Part shown: positions 32,334 to 44,000 of the stretch, in pieces
Position numbering within the stretch: the stretch's first letter is position 1
Layout: the number at the start of each line of letters is the position of its first letter
NCBI GenBank assembly: GCA_900128565.1
Contig: LT635914.1
Location: forward strand, 1 to 64,000
Length of the DNA: 64,000 bases
DNA from: Stramenopiles sp. TOSAG23-6
Lineage: Eukaryota
Direction of reading: 5' to 3'
The notes under the pieces: generated by a model
Told to the model about the DNA's origin: nothing
Database searches by the model: none
Seen by the model: only the letters and a program-made list of their open reading frames with translations
Program-made: the position numbers and the translations under genes

Positions 32334-33513
32334 TTAAAAGCAACTAACATATCCAAGGTCATTGGCAAAACCACCAAGGTCATTGGCAAAACCACCAATT
32401 TCACTGGCAACACAGAATCGTGCCATATGTCCCGGTTCTCCACAAGTATAGCATGAACGATCGGAAGAGCATAATGCGCCTTGGGGAGGCATTTGACAGT
32501 CTCGTGAAACATGACCGAGTTGACCACAATTATAACAATTTTTCTCGCTCACAATACCATAGCTTCTAACATTACATGCCCTTGCCATATGGCCTACTTC
32601 GCCACAGGTATGACAAGAACGATGAATAGAGCTCAATGCGCCTTGGGGAGGCATTTGACAGTCTCGTGAAACGTGACCGGGCTCACCGCAATTAAAACAT
32701 TTTTTCCTTTCTAAGTTACATTCCTTTGTTGTATGGCCTAATTCACCGCAGGAATGACAAGAACGATAATCAGAGCTCAGTGCTCCTTGGGGAGGCATTT
32801 GACAATCTTTTGAAATGTGACCGGCTTCACCACAATTATAACAACTAGAATACTTTGTTACTTCAGCACAAAATCGTGCCAAATGACCTATTTTACCACA
32901 GATATAACAAGAGCGTTCCGAATAATTTAATTCTCCCTGCGGGGGCATGTTGCAATCTGTTGAAATATGACCGTATTGGCCACAATTATAACAACTTTTC
33001 CCATTCACACTCAAATTATAAGTGCAACTTCGGGCTAAATGACCTATTTCACCACATTTATAGCAAGAACGTTGATTCATATGTAATCCGCCCTGTGGAG
33101 GCATTTTGCAATCTGTTGAAATGTGTCCGTTTTCGCCACAATTGTAACATCTTTTCACATATCCGTAGCCCCTGGAAGGACAAGTTCGAGCCAAATGCCC
33201 TGTTTCCCCACAACTATCTATAAGAAAAGGTATATAAAAGCTTCTTCAAACATGAGTAATGATTAAATTGCAGAGTTACTCACCATATGTATAATAATAT
33301 GGAAGTGAGCTGAAACTTACAACAAGAACGAACCCCAGGGTAGTTATCACTGTACCCGTTCCACTCGCAAAACCTTGCACCGATCTAAAAAGTATGTGTA
33401 TAAAGAAAGTGTTAGAAATATAAGTACTCAAGGAGTGAAAAGTTTAGGAAAATATATAGTCACATTACAAAGAAAGAATGCTAACGTACCCCGTCGGACT
33501 TGAAACAGTTCAT
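32334..33513 (-). CDS. CNBP/GIS2-like CCHC zinc-knuckle protein (introns 33385-33489 and 33218-33320)
   Basis: Mirror of 33604-34783. Confidence 0.85.
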
Positions 33514-33603
33514 CTTGAAACGTATTGGCAAAACAATTCAAACCAATGGATGCTGGTATACCAGCATCCATTGGTTTGAATTGTTTTGCCAATACGTTTC
33601 AAG

Positions 33604-34783
33604 ATGAACTGTTTCAAGTCCGACGGGGTACGTTAGCATTCTTTCTTTGTAATGTGACTATATATTTTCCTAAACTTTTCACTCCTTGAGTACTTATATT
33701 TCTAACACTTTCTTTATACACATACTTTTTAGATCGGTGCAAGGTTTTGCGAGTGGAACGGGTACAGTGATAACTACCCTGGGGTTCGTTCTTGTTGTAA
33801 GTTTCAGCTCACTTCCATATTATTATACATATGGTGAGTAACTCTGCAATTTAATCATTACTCATGTTTGAAGAAGCTTTTATATACCTTTTCTTATAGA
33901 TAGTTGTGGGGAAACAGGGCATTTGGCTCGAACTTGTCCTTCCAGGGGCTACGGATATGTGAAAAGATGTTACAATTGTGGCGAAAACGGACACATTTCA
34001 ACAGATTGCAAAATGCCTCCACAGGGCGGATTACATATGAATCAACGTTCTTGCTATAAATGTGGTGAAATAGGTCATTTAGCCCGAAGTTGCACTTATA
34101 ATTTGAGTGTGAATGGGAAAAGTTGTTATAATTGTGGCCAATACGGTCATATTTCAACAGATTGCAACATGCCCCCGCAGGGAGAATTAAATTATTCGGA
34201 ACGCTCTTGTTATATCTGTGGTAAAATAGGTCATTTGGCACGATTTTGTGCTGAAGTAACAAAGTATTCTAGTTGTTATAATTGTGGTGAAGCCGGTCAC
34301 ATTTCAAAAGATTGTCAAATGCCTCCCCAAGGAGCACTGAGCTCTGATTATCGTTCTTGTCATTCCTGCGGTGAATTAGGCCATACAACAAAGGAATGTA
34401 ACTTAGAAAGGAAAAAATGTTTTAATTGCGGTGAGCCCGGTCACGTTTCACGAGACTGTCAAATGCCTCCCCAAGGCGCATTGAGCTCTATTCATCGTTC
34501 TTGTCATACCTGTGGCGAAGTAGGCCATATGGCAAGGGCATGTAATGTTAGAAGCTATGGTATTGTGAGCGAGAAAAATTGTTATAATTGTGGTCAACTC
34601 GGTCATGTTTCACGAGACTGTCAAATGCCTCCCCAAGGCGCATTATGCTCTTCCGATCGTTCATGCTATACTTGTGGAGAACCGGGACATATGGCACGAT
34701 TCTGTGTTGCCAGTGAAATTGGTGGTTTTGCCAATGACCTTGGTGGTTTTGCCAATGACCTTGGATATGTTAGTTGCTTTTAA
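33604..34783 (+). CDS. CNBP/GIS2-like CCHC zinc-knuckle nucleic-acid-binding protein, 3 exons (33604-33627, 33733-33796, 33900-34783), 11 knuckles
   Basis: Repeated CX2CX4HX4C motifs. Splicing GTACGT..TAG (105 nt) and GTAAGT..TAG (103 nt) gives MNCFKSDG-IGARFCEWNGYSDNYPGVRSC-YSCGETGHLARTC in frame. Confidence 0.87.
34721..34762 (+). repeat. 21-nt tandem duplication (GGFANDL x2) at the zinc-knuckle C-terminus
   Basis: ggtggttttgccaatgacctt occurs twice in tandem. Confidence 0.9.
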
Positions 34784-35288
34784 CAAAACAATTAGTATAG
34801 TATAGAGTGGTTTCTTTTGACATGAATAATATGTCTAATTCAAAATATAAAAGTTGCGTCACAAGGTCTGTTGAGGTAATTAATTGTCTTGATTTAATAG
34901 AAGTTACGCGTAGTTAGTTTCCAGTGAGGTGCTCGTGTATATAGGAGGGTAGAAGGTAGAAGTGTGTTATAATTTGAACATTGAATGTGTTTTTGGTTCA
35001 AAACTATCGAATTTCTTCAAGATATAAAAAACATTTAAAAAAAAAAAAAAAAAAAAATTTCAATTTAAATTGATATTGGATATATTTTTATTTTTATTAT
35101 TATGATATCATTTAATAATTCAAATCAATCATTCTACATCTTTCTCTTATCCGATAGATATTTATTAGTCCAAAGGTTCACAACAATAAATGTATAAGTT
35201 ATGTACTAGTATATATTCACAGATACCAAATCGGAAAACATAACATACGAAGTGTTATACACCCTATCCCTAATAACTGTTTTTATGC

Positions 35289-36158
35289 TTAAAGAAAAAG
35301 GTTTTTACATAAATTTGCATAGTTTATATATTCTCCCTCGGCAGACTCATCTATGAGAGAAGCAAAGCTTCTCCTCTCTCTAAAGTTCAGTGGAATTCCC
35401 ATGGAAGTGATCACACGAATTATATCTTCTCGGAGAATTAAATTTTTATCATCAACCAACAGTTCACCACCAGAAGATTTTGCACGTTTTTCTCTATACA
35501 CGTGGTTGAATAGACCTAATGCAGTCATAACCTCTGCCATTTTCTTTGGATTTCTATTCTCTGGATGCTCCTTGATGTTGTCTTTTATCCATTGTCGATA
35601 TTTCACACGTTTTCCTTCTACAGACTGACTAAAATCGCGTTTGACATCTAGAAACACATATGGGGGGAAATATGCCAAGTCATAGGCACCGATTTTTGTT
35701 ACCTTTCGTGTTTCTGTATTAATTACTGCCTTTGAGCGTACGTTGAGAGGTTTAATGAAATTGGTTGTAAAGGCTAGCCAGTCTGTGTGTGATATAGTAC
35801 CCCTATCGTTAACCTCCAGATAACCTTTGCTAGTGTCAGAAACTCTGCACCGTTTAGCTGAATTGAACAATTTAAAGGCGTCTAATAGTTTTGGAGTGGT
35901 GAGTAAACCATTTTGTACCAATTTTGAGGACAGCACATTCAAAAAGTCTTGTTCGGTAATGGATTTAGGATCAAGGCAAAATAGAATACGCTTGAACTCG
36001 CTAGTAGTTTGACAAAAGCCTAGAGATTGCATAGCTTGTGCAAGCTGTACAGGTGTGAGTAGTCCATCTCTATCTTTATCGAAGAAGCGGAAAGCGGCAA
36101 GATATTCTTCTTCTAACATATCGTGATCTGTTTGCTTAAACATACCACTGGATATCAT
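35289..36158 (-). CDS. Multi-EF-hand protein (copy 3)
   Basis: 253-1122 + 35036; identical translation. Confidence 0.78.
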   Translation of the reverse strand: MISSGMFKQTDHDMLEEEYLAAFRFFDKDRDGLLTPVQLAQAMQSLGFCQTTSEFKRILFCLDPKSITEQDFLNVLSSKLVQNGLLTTPKLLDAFKLFNSAKRCRVSDTSKGYLEVNDRGTISHTDWLAFTTNFIKPLNVRSKAVINTETRKVTKIGAYDLAYFPPYVFLDVKRDFSQSVEGKRVKYRQWIKDNIKEHPENRNPKKMAEVMTALGLFNHVYREKRAKSSGGELLVDDKNLILREDIIRVITSMGIPLNFRERRSFASLIDESAEGEYINYANLCKNLFL

Positions 36159-36403
36159 AATTATTTTTGTCGTGGTACTTTTCTAAATTAAAAAGATTTA
36201 GTTGCTTGAACAAAATTCTTTTTTCTAAGATACTCTTGATTTTTGAGATTTTTAACGGCCGTCCGTTCGGCGGTATGGTATCCCGGTAACCCTCGTCATT
36301 TATTTTCGGGTATTTACCGGAAATTAGATAAGGGCTTCTTCACCAACCACACCACACAATAGAATAGAATTAATGAAGAATTATTTTGCGTGTTAAAAAA
36401 ACG

Positions 36404-37681
36404 ATGTATCAATGGGTGATGAAGAGATCAACACCAGAGAAAAGGAAGCGNCAATGTTCACCAGTACCCATGTTGTCTNTGAATAACTCTGATGGCGATG
36501 TGAGTGTTCATTCTACCACTCCTTTCAAGCGCCAACGGTATGCCAGTGTGTATAGTTTTCACCGGAATTTGAATAATTCGAGGAGTGAAAACAGTCGTAT
36601 GTCCCATGAGCATGGTACCGGTGATATTAATCGAGAAGAAGACTATAGACAAGAAGACGATAGATACTACGATACAGTGAATGACTTTGACCGTTGTTCC
36701 GTTGCGGAACTAAAGCGGCGTTTGTCTGCGCTAGGAGTAAATTTTGCGCACTGCACTGACCACGCAGATATGAAGTCACTTTTGCGAGAGCGAATGATGA
36801 GAATTGGCGAATCAGAGAATAATCTTACATCTTGCTTAGATACTGACAAAGAAGCTAAAGTAGCCAAAGTACACGCCCATCTTCAATTTAAACCTCACAA
36901 AACAGAAATAGGAAAAAACACTAAAAAAGACGAAAGTAACATGAAATCAGCACATAACCCTAACCCTACCGTAAAAAAATGTAATAGCAATATTGAAAAT
37001 ATGGGACAGTTGCATAATAAGACTGGACGTAAAAAGGAAGGTAGTCTTCCTGATAAATCTGATGAACCACAGAATAGCATAACAAGACTTCCGAAGAGAA
37101 AACTTGAGGAAAGCAAAATCCAACACAATTATTCTGGAAACCGGGTAAATCCAACAACTGGTACAGAGAAACAGGCTGTCGTCGAAGAAAAAGAATCGCA
37201 TTCTGTACAACTTGTATCNCATCCATTAAAAAAACGTCGAATTATTCATAGTAATCAAGATAAAAATAATAACGAAAAGCAGAAAATAGAATTAGTAAAT
37301 ACACGAAATACCAGTAAAAGCGAAAAATCGACTAGTAAAAGAAAATATGCATTCATTTCCGATGGTGTATCTGAAAGCACTAGTACTAGTGGTGGTGAAA
37401 GTGATGCTCCACTAAAAAAATTTTGCTCAGATGTAAACGATAATGAAAAAAATAGTGATGGTGGCAGTAGTTCTAATGTCAGTAGCANTATTTGTGGTGG
37501 TACTTCCGATAATTATGTAAAAGAGCCCAACCCTAACCCTAAGTTTTTTGATCAAGAAGGTCATCAAGAAGGTATTGAACAGAAAACGGAAGGAGGAGAA
37601 CAAACTGTAAATAGTTCAAAGTCGTCTCTTTTGACAAAAAAAACCTGGCGCAGTTTACGGCAATTATCTGTGGACGAATAA
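36404..37681 (+). CDS. Hypothetical SAP/HeH-like low-complexity protein (copy 3)
   Basis: 1368-2645 + 35036. Confidence 0.58.
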   Translation: MYQWVMKRSTPEKRKXQCSPVPMLSXNNSDGDVSVHSTTPFKRQRYASVYSFHRNLNNSRSENSRMSHEHGTGDINREEDYRQEDDRYYDTVNDFDRCSVAELKRRLSALGVNFAHCTDHADMKSLLRERMMRIGESENNLTSCLDTDKEAKVAKVHAHLQFKPHKTEIGKNTKKDESNMKSAHNPNPTVKKCNSNIENMGQLHNKTGRKKEGSLPDKSDEPQNSITRLPKRKLEESKIQHNYSGNRVNPTTGTEKQAVVEEKESHSVQLVXHPLKKRRIIHSNQDKNNNEKQKIELVNTRNTSKSEKSTSKRKYAFISDGVSESTSTSGGESDAPLKKFCSDVNDNEKNSDGGSSSNVSSXICGGTSDNYVKEPNPNPKFFDQEGHQEGIEQKTEGGEQTVNSSKSSLLTKKTWRSLRQLSVDE

Positions 37682-37987
37682 TTCAAAGATTCTCTCTTTG
37701 ACAACACAATTAGTCTATTGATTACATGATGAGATTTGTAACTAATAAAAATGTTCTAAACAATTAAANTTTNTCTAANTTTTTNGTTGTGGAACCGGGT
37801 ACCTAAAAAAAATGTAACGTTTTTTTCGTTAGTAAAAATTTGCACTCTTGTACTAGTATCAATGAAAGTCTTTAAGTAAATATCCAACACGAATAGTCAT
37901 CACAAAATAGTAATTTTTTAGTATTGATTACACACATTGCGATAAAGGCTTGATTGACGAATAGGCATTTTTGATTATATTTTCTTC

Positions 37988-40886
37988 ATGCCAGCCACAG
38001 TTGATTCTAGTGAAGATGAGGAAAAGAATAGAAAAGAAGAGATCCAGCGACGAAAAAAAGCAGAGCTTAAGGAACTACTCACTAAACCTATAGTCTCTGC
38101 TGATGAAGATGCTTTCAACGAAGCAATATCTGGATTTGGGGGAGTNTATAAGATGCTACAAGCTCAAGGTGGTATGGGTAATTTTAAGCCTGAATTTGAA
38201 AAGTTATTTGAAAAAATTGGGAAACAATTTAAATCTGAAGTTGAACAAGTAAAAAAAACTTGCGAACTGATAAAGGACACAGAAGACAAAATATTGAAAC
38301 TTGGTGGGCTCAAAAAACAAACCGAAGAGAGCGATTTTAGAGCAAATAATGTTAAGCGAGATATCAAAAAGTTTCAAGTTGAAATCAAACAATGTCAAGA
38401 TTCAGAGGATATTGCTCGCGCGGAGATTAATAAACTTTCTATAAATATTTCTGATTTAGAGGACGAGATGGAAGTTGGTCCTGGCCTGACAAAGAATCAA
38501 AAGCTTGAATTATCTAATTTAGAAGATGAACGTGATCAGAAACAACTTGAGTTGCAAGCATTGACGCAAGCATTGACAAACGTTCGATTCAAAACGTCGG
38601 GGCTTTCTGAACATGTATGTTTTATNTTTTTTCAATTTCGAATTTATATTTTTTCATACGAAATTCCGTACCTAACGATTTTTTTTTGTGTCATATTTTT
38701 TCCAATACATGTAGAAATTAAACAACACGAACTTACTGAAGTGACCTCTGCGGCAAAAGCTTTAGAAGGAGAAGTAAAAACATGTGAAGCACAGATTATT
38801 AGTGCACAAAACAAAAAGGATCGTTTTGATAAACAGTTAAAAATTCAGCGAGTTGAACTCCAACGTTTGCAAGCAATAGTCCAAACCAAAACAGTTAAAA
38901 TCGATGAATCTACTAGTTTAAATGATAAATTTGAGTCAAAACAAAAAATAGCAGAACTCCAAATTGGTGTTTACCTCAAAGACTATGATGCTTTATTTCA
39001 GCAAATCAAAAAAGTTGAAGAAGATATTGAGGAGAGAATTCACACAAATGATCTCATTGAGCAAGGAAATGCTAGACGGTTAAAAGAATGCGGACAACGA
39101 CAAAAAGAAGTTAGAGAAATCGAAAAAGAAATTCGCCGAGTTCGGAAACTGAAGAAGTTAACTGTTAAAAGGTACGAAGAAGCTGATCAGCGTATGCTTC
39201 GCTATGATAAAGTAAATGCTGATCTCCGAGCAAAGATGTCAGGTGTNGAAGCAGCAATTGAAGTTGAAAAAAAGTTAGCGGATTCATTAAAAAAGGCGGC
39301 NGCAGATCATGAGCGAGATCGTACATTCTTGAATAAGAAACTTACAAAGGAAGAAATAGCAACAAAAGGAACNCATGATTTAGTTAAAGTTGCAGAAAAC
39401 ACCATAAAAAATGTTGGGCGAGATATGTATGTTTTATTTTTTTTGTACGAAATTTTTTTTTCGTACGAAATGTTGTACCTAACAAAAATTAATTTTTTTT
39501 TGAAATATTTTTCCAAAATACATTCAACTATTTAAGGTCTCGGCGCGTAAACAGCGCGAAAGGATCGAAGCTTTAGAAATTGAGAGAGACAAATATGAGA
39601 AAGAATGCCATTTGGTAAATCAAAAATACTATGCTGCTCTTGAAGATGTTCGCCTGCATGAGCTTCAAGTAGTTGAAGAACAGAAAAAGATTGCAGNGGG
39701 TGAAAGTCGTATTAAAAAGCAGCAAAATTTGTATGAAGGGGTCCGGAGTGATCGTAATTTATACTCGAAGCAACTTATTGAATCCCATGAAGAAATAGCC
39801 GAAATGAAACGTAAATTTAAGATTCTTGTTCAAGTAATTGAACAACAAAAAGAAGAAATCACTTCGAAAGACCAAGATCTTCTAAAAGAACATTTTGCTC
39901 ATGTCAAGGTTTGTAAAGATGTTAAACGTCTTAGAAATGATATTACGCGAGTACGCAAGCAAATCCTATCCTCCGATCAAATTCTCAGCACTCAAAAAGA
40001 TGAAGTTCGGAAACTCAAAGCCATCATTCAGGAAGCTGACGGTGAAACTGCAAGGTCGTCAAAGGAGTTCACAGCTGTTGTAAATGAACGGGATATTCTT
40101 GGTGCGCAACTTATACGCCGAAATGAAGAGTTGGCTAAACTTTATGAAAAAATTAAGATTCAAAGATCAACACTATCCAAAGGTGAGTGGCAATATTCTC
40201 AAACTCAAGCAAGAGCCGAGGCATTGAAAGATGCATTGGTCATTGCAAAAGAACGTCTTGATTATCTCAAGAGTAATGTTCTTGATCTATCATCAATGAA
40301 AACTAGGCAATATAGTCTTGAAAAAGAGATTTTGAGGGAGAAGGCCAAAATCACTGCTTTATCGACAGAATTAGAACGTCCAATGAATATACATAGATGG
40401 CGAAAACTTGCNGGTACCGACCCAAAACGATTTGGGCTCATTCAAAAAATCCAAAGAAAGCAAAAGCAACTACTGTCAAAAACACAGGAAGTGATAGAAA
40501 GAGACCTATTAATACAAGAAAAAGAAAGATTATATGTTGAATTGAAGAATATTCTAGCGAGNCAGCCAGGGCCTGAAGTTGCCGAGCAGCTAACGATATA
40601 TGAAGAAAACCTAAAAGAAAAACGACACCAAATGAAAAAAATGGATAACGAACTTGACATGTATAAGCACCAAGTTGAAGAATTAAAACATGATATTGAG
40701 CAAATTTCAGAACGAATGATTTCGATGAAGAAAGATTATTTTAGAAAGATGCGGAAGCAACAACAAGATATGCAAATACAACAACAACAACTACATTTGG
40801 AACAACAGAGTCAACAGCATCAAATACAAATGCAACAGAAAATGGAATTATTTCAAAATGAAATTAATGAAAGTGAACAAAAATAA
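37988..40886 (+). CDS. CFAP58: CFAP58 (copy 3; introns 38615-38710 and 39427-39523)
   Basis: 2952-5850 + 35036. Confidence 0.9.
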
Positions 40887-41091
40887 AAATCATGTTTCAT
40901 TGTACAAACCTGTCCAATATTTTCATACGTTGTTGTAACGTTAACGTTTATTTTCTTTTTTGATACCCTCGAAATTAGTATCTAATAGCTAGTATCAAAA
41001 TTTCTTAGATTCAATTCATCGATATACGTCCAAATTTTACTCGCACATAGTATTAGAGAAAATGCAACAACAGTAAGTGAGCATCTANACA

Positions 41092-44000
41092 ATGTTGGGA
41101 AACGCTTCAGAGCCTCGAGNGTTTGCCAAAGANTTGCCAGAGATGGAGGGTTTTGATGTTGTTGGTTCATTCTTTGGTCGTGGTTCTGGTCATACTANCA
41201 AAAAGTCTACGGCTGTAGAAGTAGAAAACGCAAAGACAGCTAAACATGAAATAGTTCCTCAAATTGATAACGATGTGCAGAACCGTATAGAAGTTCCAGA
41301 GAAGAAGAAGAAGAAGAAGATAAGAAAGAAGAAAAGTCGCAAAGAACTTTGCAAAGAACAGATTGCCCAGGAGAGGTTCCCAGCCGCAATCACCACAGCC
41401 AAGAAAGGTATTCTAATGAACCCTAAAGATATAGAGATGCATAAATTGCTTGCAATGGCCGAGCGCATGGAGAGACAGAGAACAGAACATGTCTCTGCTA
41501 GCTGGCTAAAGAGACGAATCCGCAAAAATCGGCANCCAGTTCTGAAAATAAGTGAGTTCGATACTAGTAAAACATTTGAGCATACGGAACCAATGAATGC
41601 TTCAGCCGACATAATACCGCGACCAGATCCAGTGAATCCTGGAGCCACACAAATAACGGCAAAGCANATGCAACGAGGAAGAAAAGCAAAGGANAGTAGC
41701 ATGAAGCTATCAGACTCAAAATCTATTCCATACCATGTAAAGAAACAAGAAGATTTCANACGATACAATAAATCTTTGCAACGACTGAGAACAACTGGAA
41801 ACCCTAGTTCATCAGAAATGCGAACTCAAACGAAATACGGCAACTCTGGCAACCAGTATAAGCAAAGAATACGTCCTTCTACAGCCCCTGCAATGTTATC
41901 AAAAGAGAAGAAAGTAAGCGGGAAATCGGGGAATATTAATTATCAGAGGCAAAGAAAACTATTGGCAACGTTTGGTATACCTTTTGACTTAGAATCAAAA
42001 ACTCGANGTTATGNTAACAATAGAAAAGCTTTTTCTGCCCAACGTGGGATGCGTCCGTCGACATCATGTTCACCTCGNAAAAAATATTTTANGGGAGATA
42101 AAAAANAAAAATCTACTTCATTGTCACCTAGACGTCGCAGTAATAATTCTAGGTTTCCAGATGTTGAAGAAGTATACCCCATAAAAATTAACTCGCATGT
42201 ACATTTGCCACATTTAAACATCAAAATGCCTATACCTATTCAAACGCTTCATGCTCACCACATACACAATGATTGCACCGAAATTCGATTGTCGTCTCAC
42301 TACACCAATATTTCTTCAAAGCAAATGTCACAAGGGAAGACGAGACAAAAACCTATCAATCAAAAAAATGCAAANCAAAGAGAACTCATATTAATGCATA
42401 GAGAGGACTGTGCATCACATCATTGTATGATATGGGGTGAAGGAGAGGCTGCCCTTCGAGCACATGGATTTCAACGGAATGTATACATTTATTTGGCATC
42501 NGTAGGAAAGGGATTTGAAGAAGAACATTGGGTTTTCCACAATGTAGTAGTCCCATTATTGAATCGCCGACTGAAAGAAAAAAACTTGTGTATACNTGTT
42601 CAACTAAAAGATGGATCTCACGTTGAAACGTCACTTAATTTGTTGGAAAATATGCAGCGTGGTATCAAAACATGTAAACCATTCTATGTTGCGTTGATTG
42701 GTGAAGAATATGGGTGGATTCCGGATACAAAATTGTGTGGTGCTAACGGTGTGAGATCTCTCTTTCACATGACAATAAAAGCAATGAATCGTTCAGCACT
42801 TCCAAGTCATCGTTTCATATACAACCGAATATTGAAAAATAATACAAAAATCAGTAAGGAGAATTNGAATTTAAATCTTTTGGAAATTGATATTAAATCA
42901 TATGATGAAAAGTTTTCTAAATCTTGTAGAAATACTTATGAATGTAGACAAGGGGCACTCAATGAGGTGAATAGTATAGACAGACTTAGTTTAAATACAT
43001 TGGCAAGTATAGCAATTGATGACATATTTGAGGCTTTACAGTACGAGTTTGGATTTGATTGTAGTCCTTGCACTTATGGTTTACCTGGAAACTACGACTC
43101 TGTCAAAACATCACAATCAAAATTAGAAGTTTCAGGGCATAAATTGTTAATTCAAGAAAGTTTTCTTCACCAACACCTTGTATCACAATATACATCTCAA
43201 TATGTACCATATTTCAGTGATGATTTTAATGACCGAGTAGTTGATGAAATAATGGATGAATTGTGGACAGCAGGTGAACACGGAAAACCTTTAGTGTGGG
43301 AAAGGCCCCTTAATCTTGCCGGTATTGGCGTGACAACACTATGTGCGAAGATAGCTCATGTATGTCCTAAAGTTTGTAAAGAAAAGGAGCGCAATAGTGT
43401 AATTTCTTTATCTCATTTTGTTGGTGCATCACCTAATAGTTATGATTGTAGACGTATGCTATTCCGTTTGTGTTTTGAACTTCAANCACGTTTTGAAATT
43501 TGTGTCAATACTAGAATCCCAGGAGAATACTCCAGCCTCCGGCCGTATTTTTTTAATTTGCTTGATAAAGTTGCNCTTAAAGCTGAAAGAGATAACCTTC
43601 AATTATTGATATGCATTGATGATGCTCATAAGTTAAGTGTTCCGTACAAGTCTGAAGAATTTGACTGGATACCTTATCGCTTTCGAAACAATGGCCATAT
43701 TATGATTATGATCACCATGCCTATGGGGAAATTACCGAAAGGAAAACCAGAAACTGCNGTATTTGACATCAAACATTTACTACCATCTGGCAAGACCTTG
43801 ATAAAATTTAGTACTCTAGTGGTAAAATCTTTNATCAGAAGATCGAATATTGCCAGCAAATCTTTATTNCATAGAAATATAGATAATACACTTATCTCAT
43901 TGATTGATATGNTGTCCAACACAGAATTTCAAAACATCACAATTACACCTCTATATCTGGAAATTGCAACATATATTTTCTTTTCTGAAGACTTAGGGGT

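Larger units (their letters stand above)
16041..33558 (-). repeat. Copy 2 (complete, inverted) of the 17,518-nt unit
   Basis: Reverse complement of copies 1 and 3, bounded by palindrome centres A23-TA-T23 and GCTGGTA|TACCAGC. Confidence 0.97.

Noticed and set aside
32334-34783. CCHC knuckles as retrotransposon Gag, or the inverted pair as a mobile element
   Set aside because: No capsid, protease, RT, integrase or LTRs; it is a spliced cellular CNBP-like gene.
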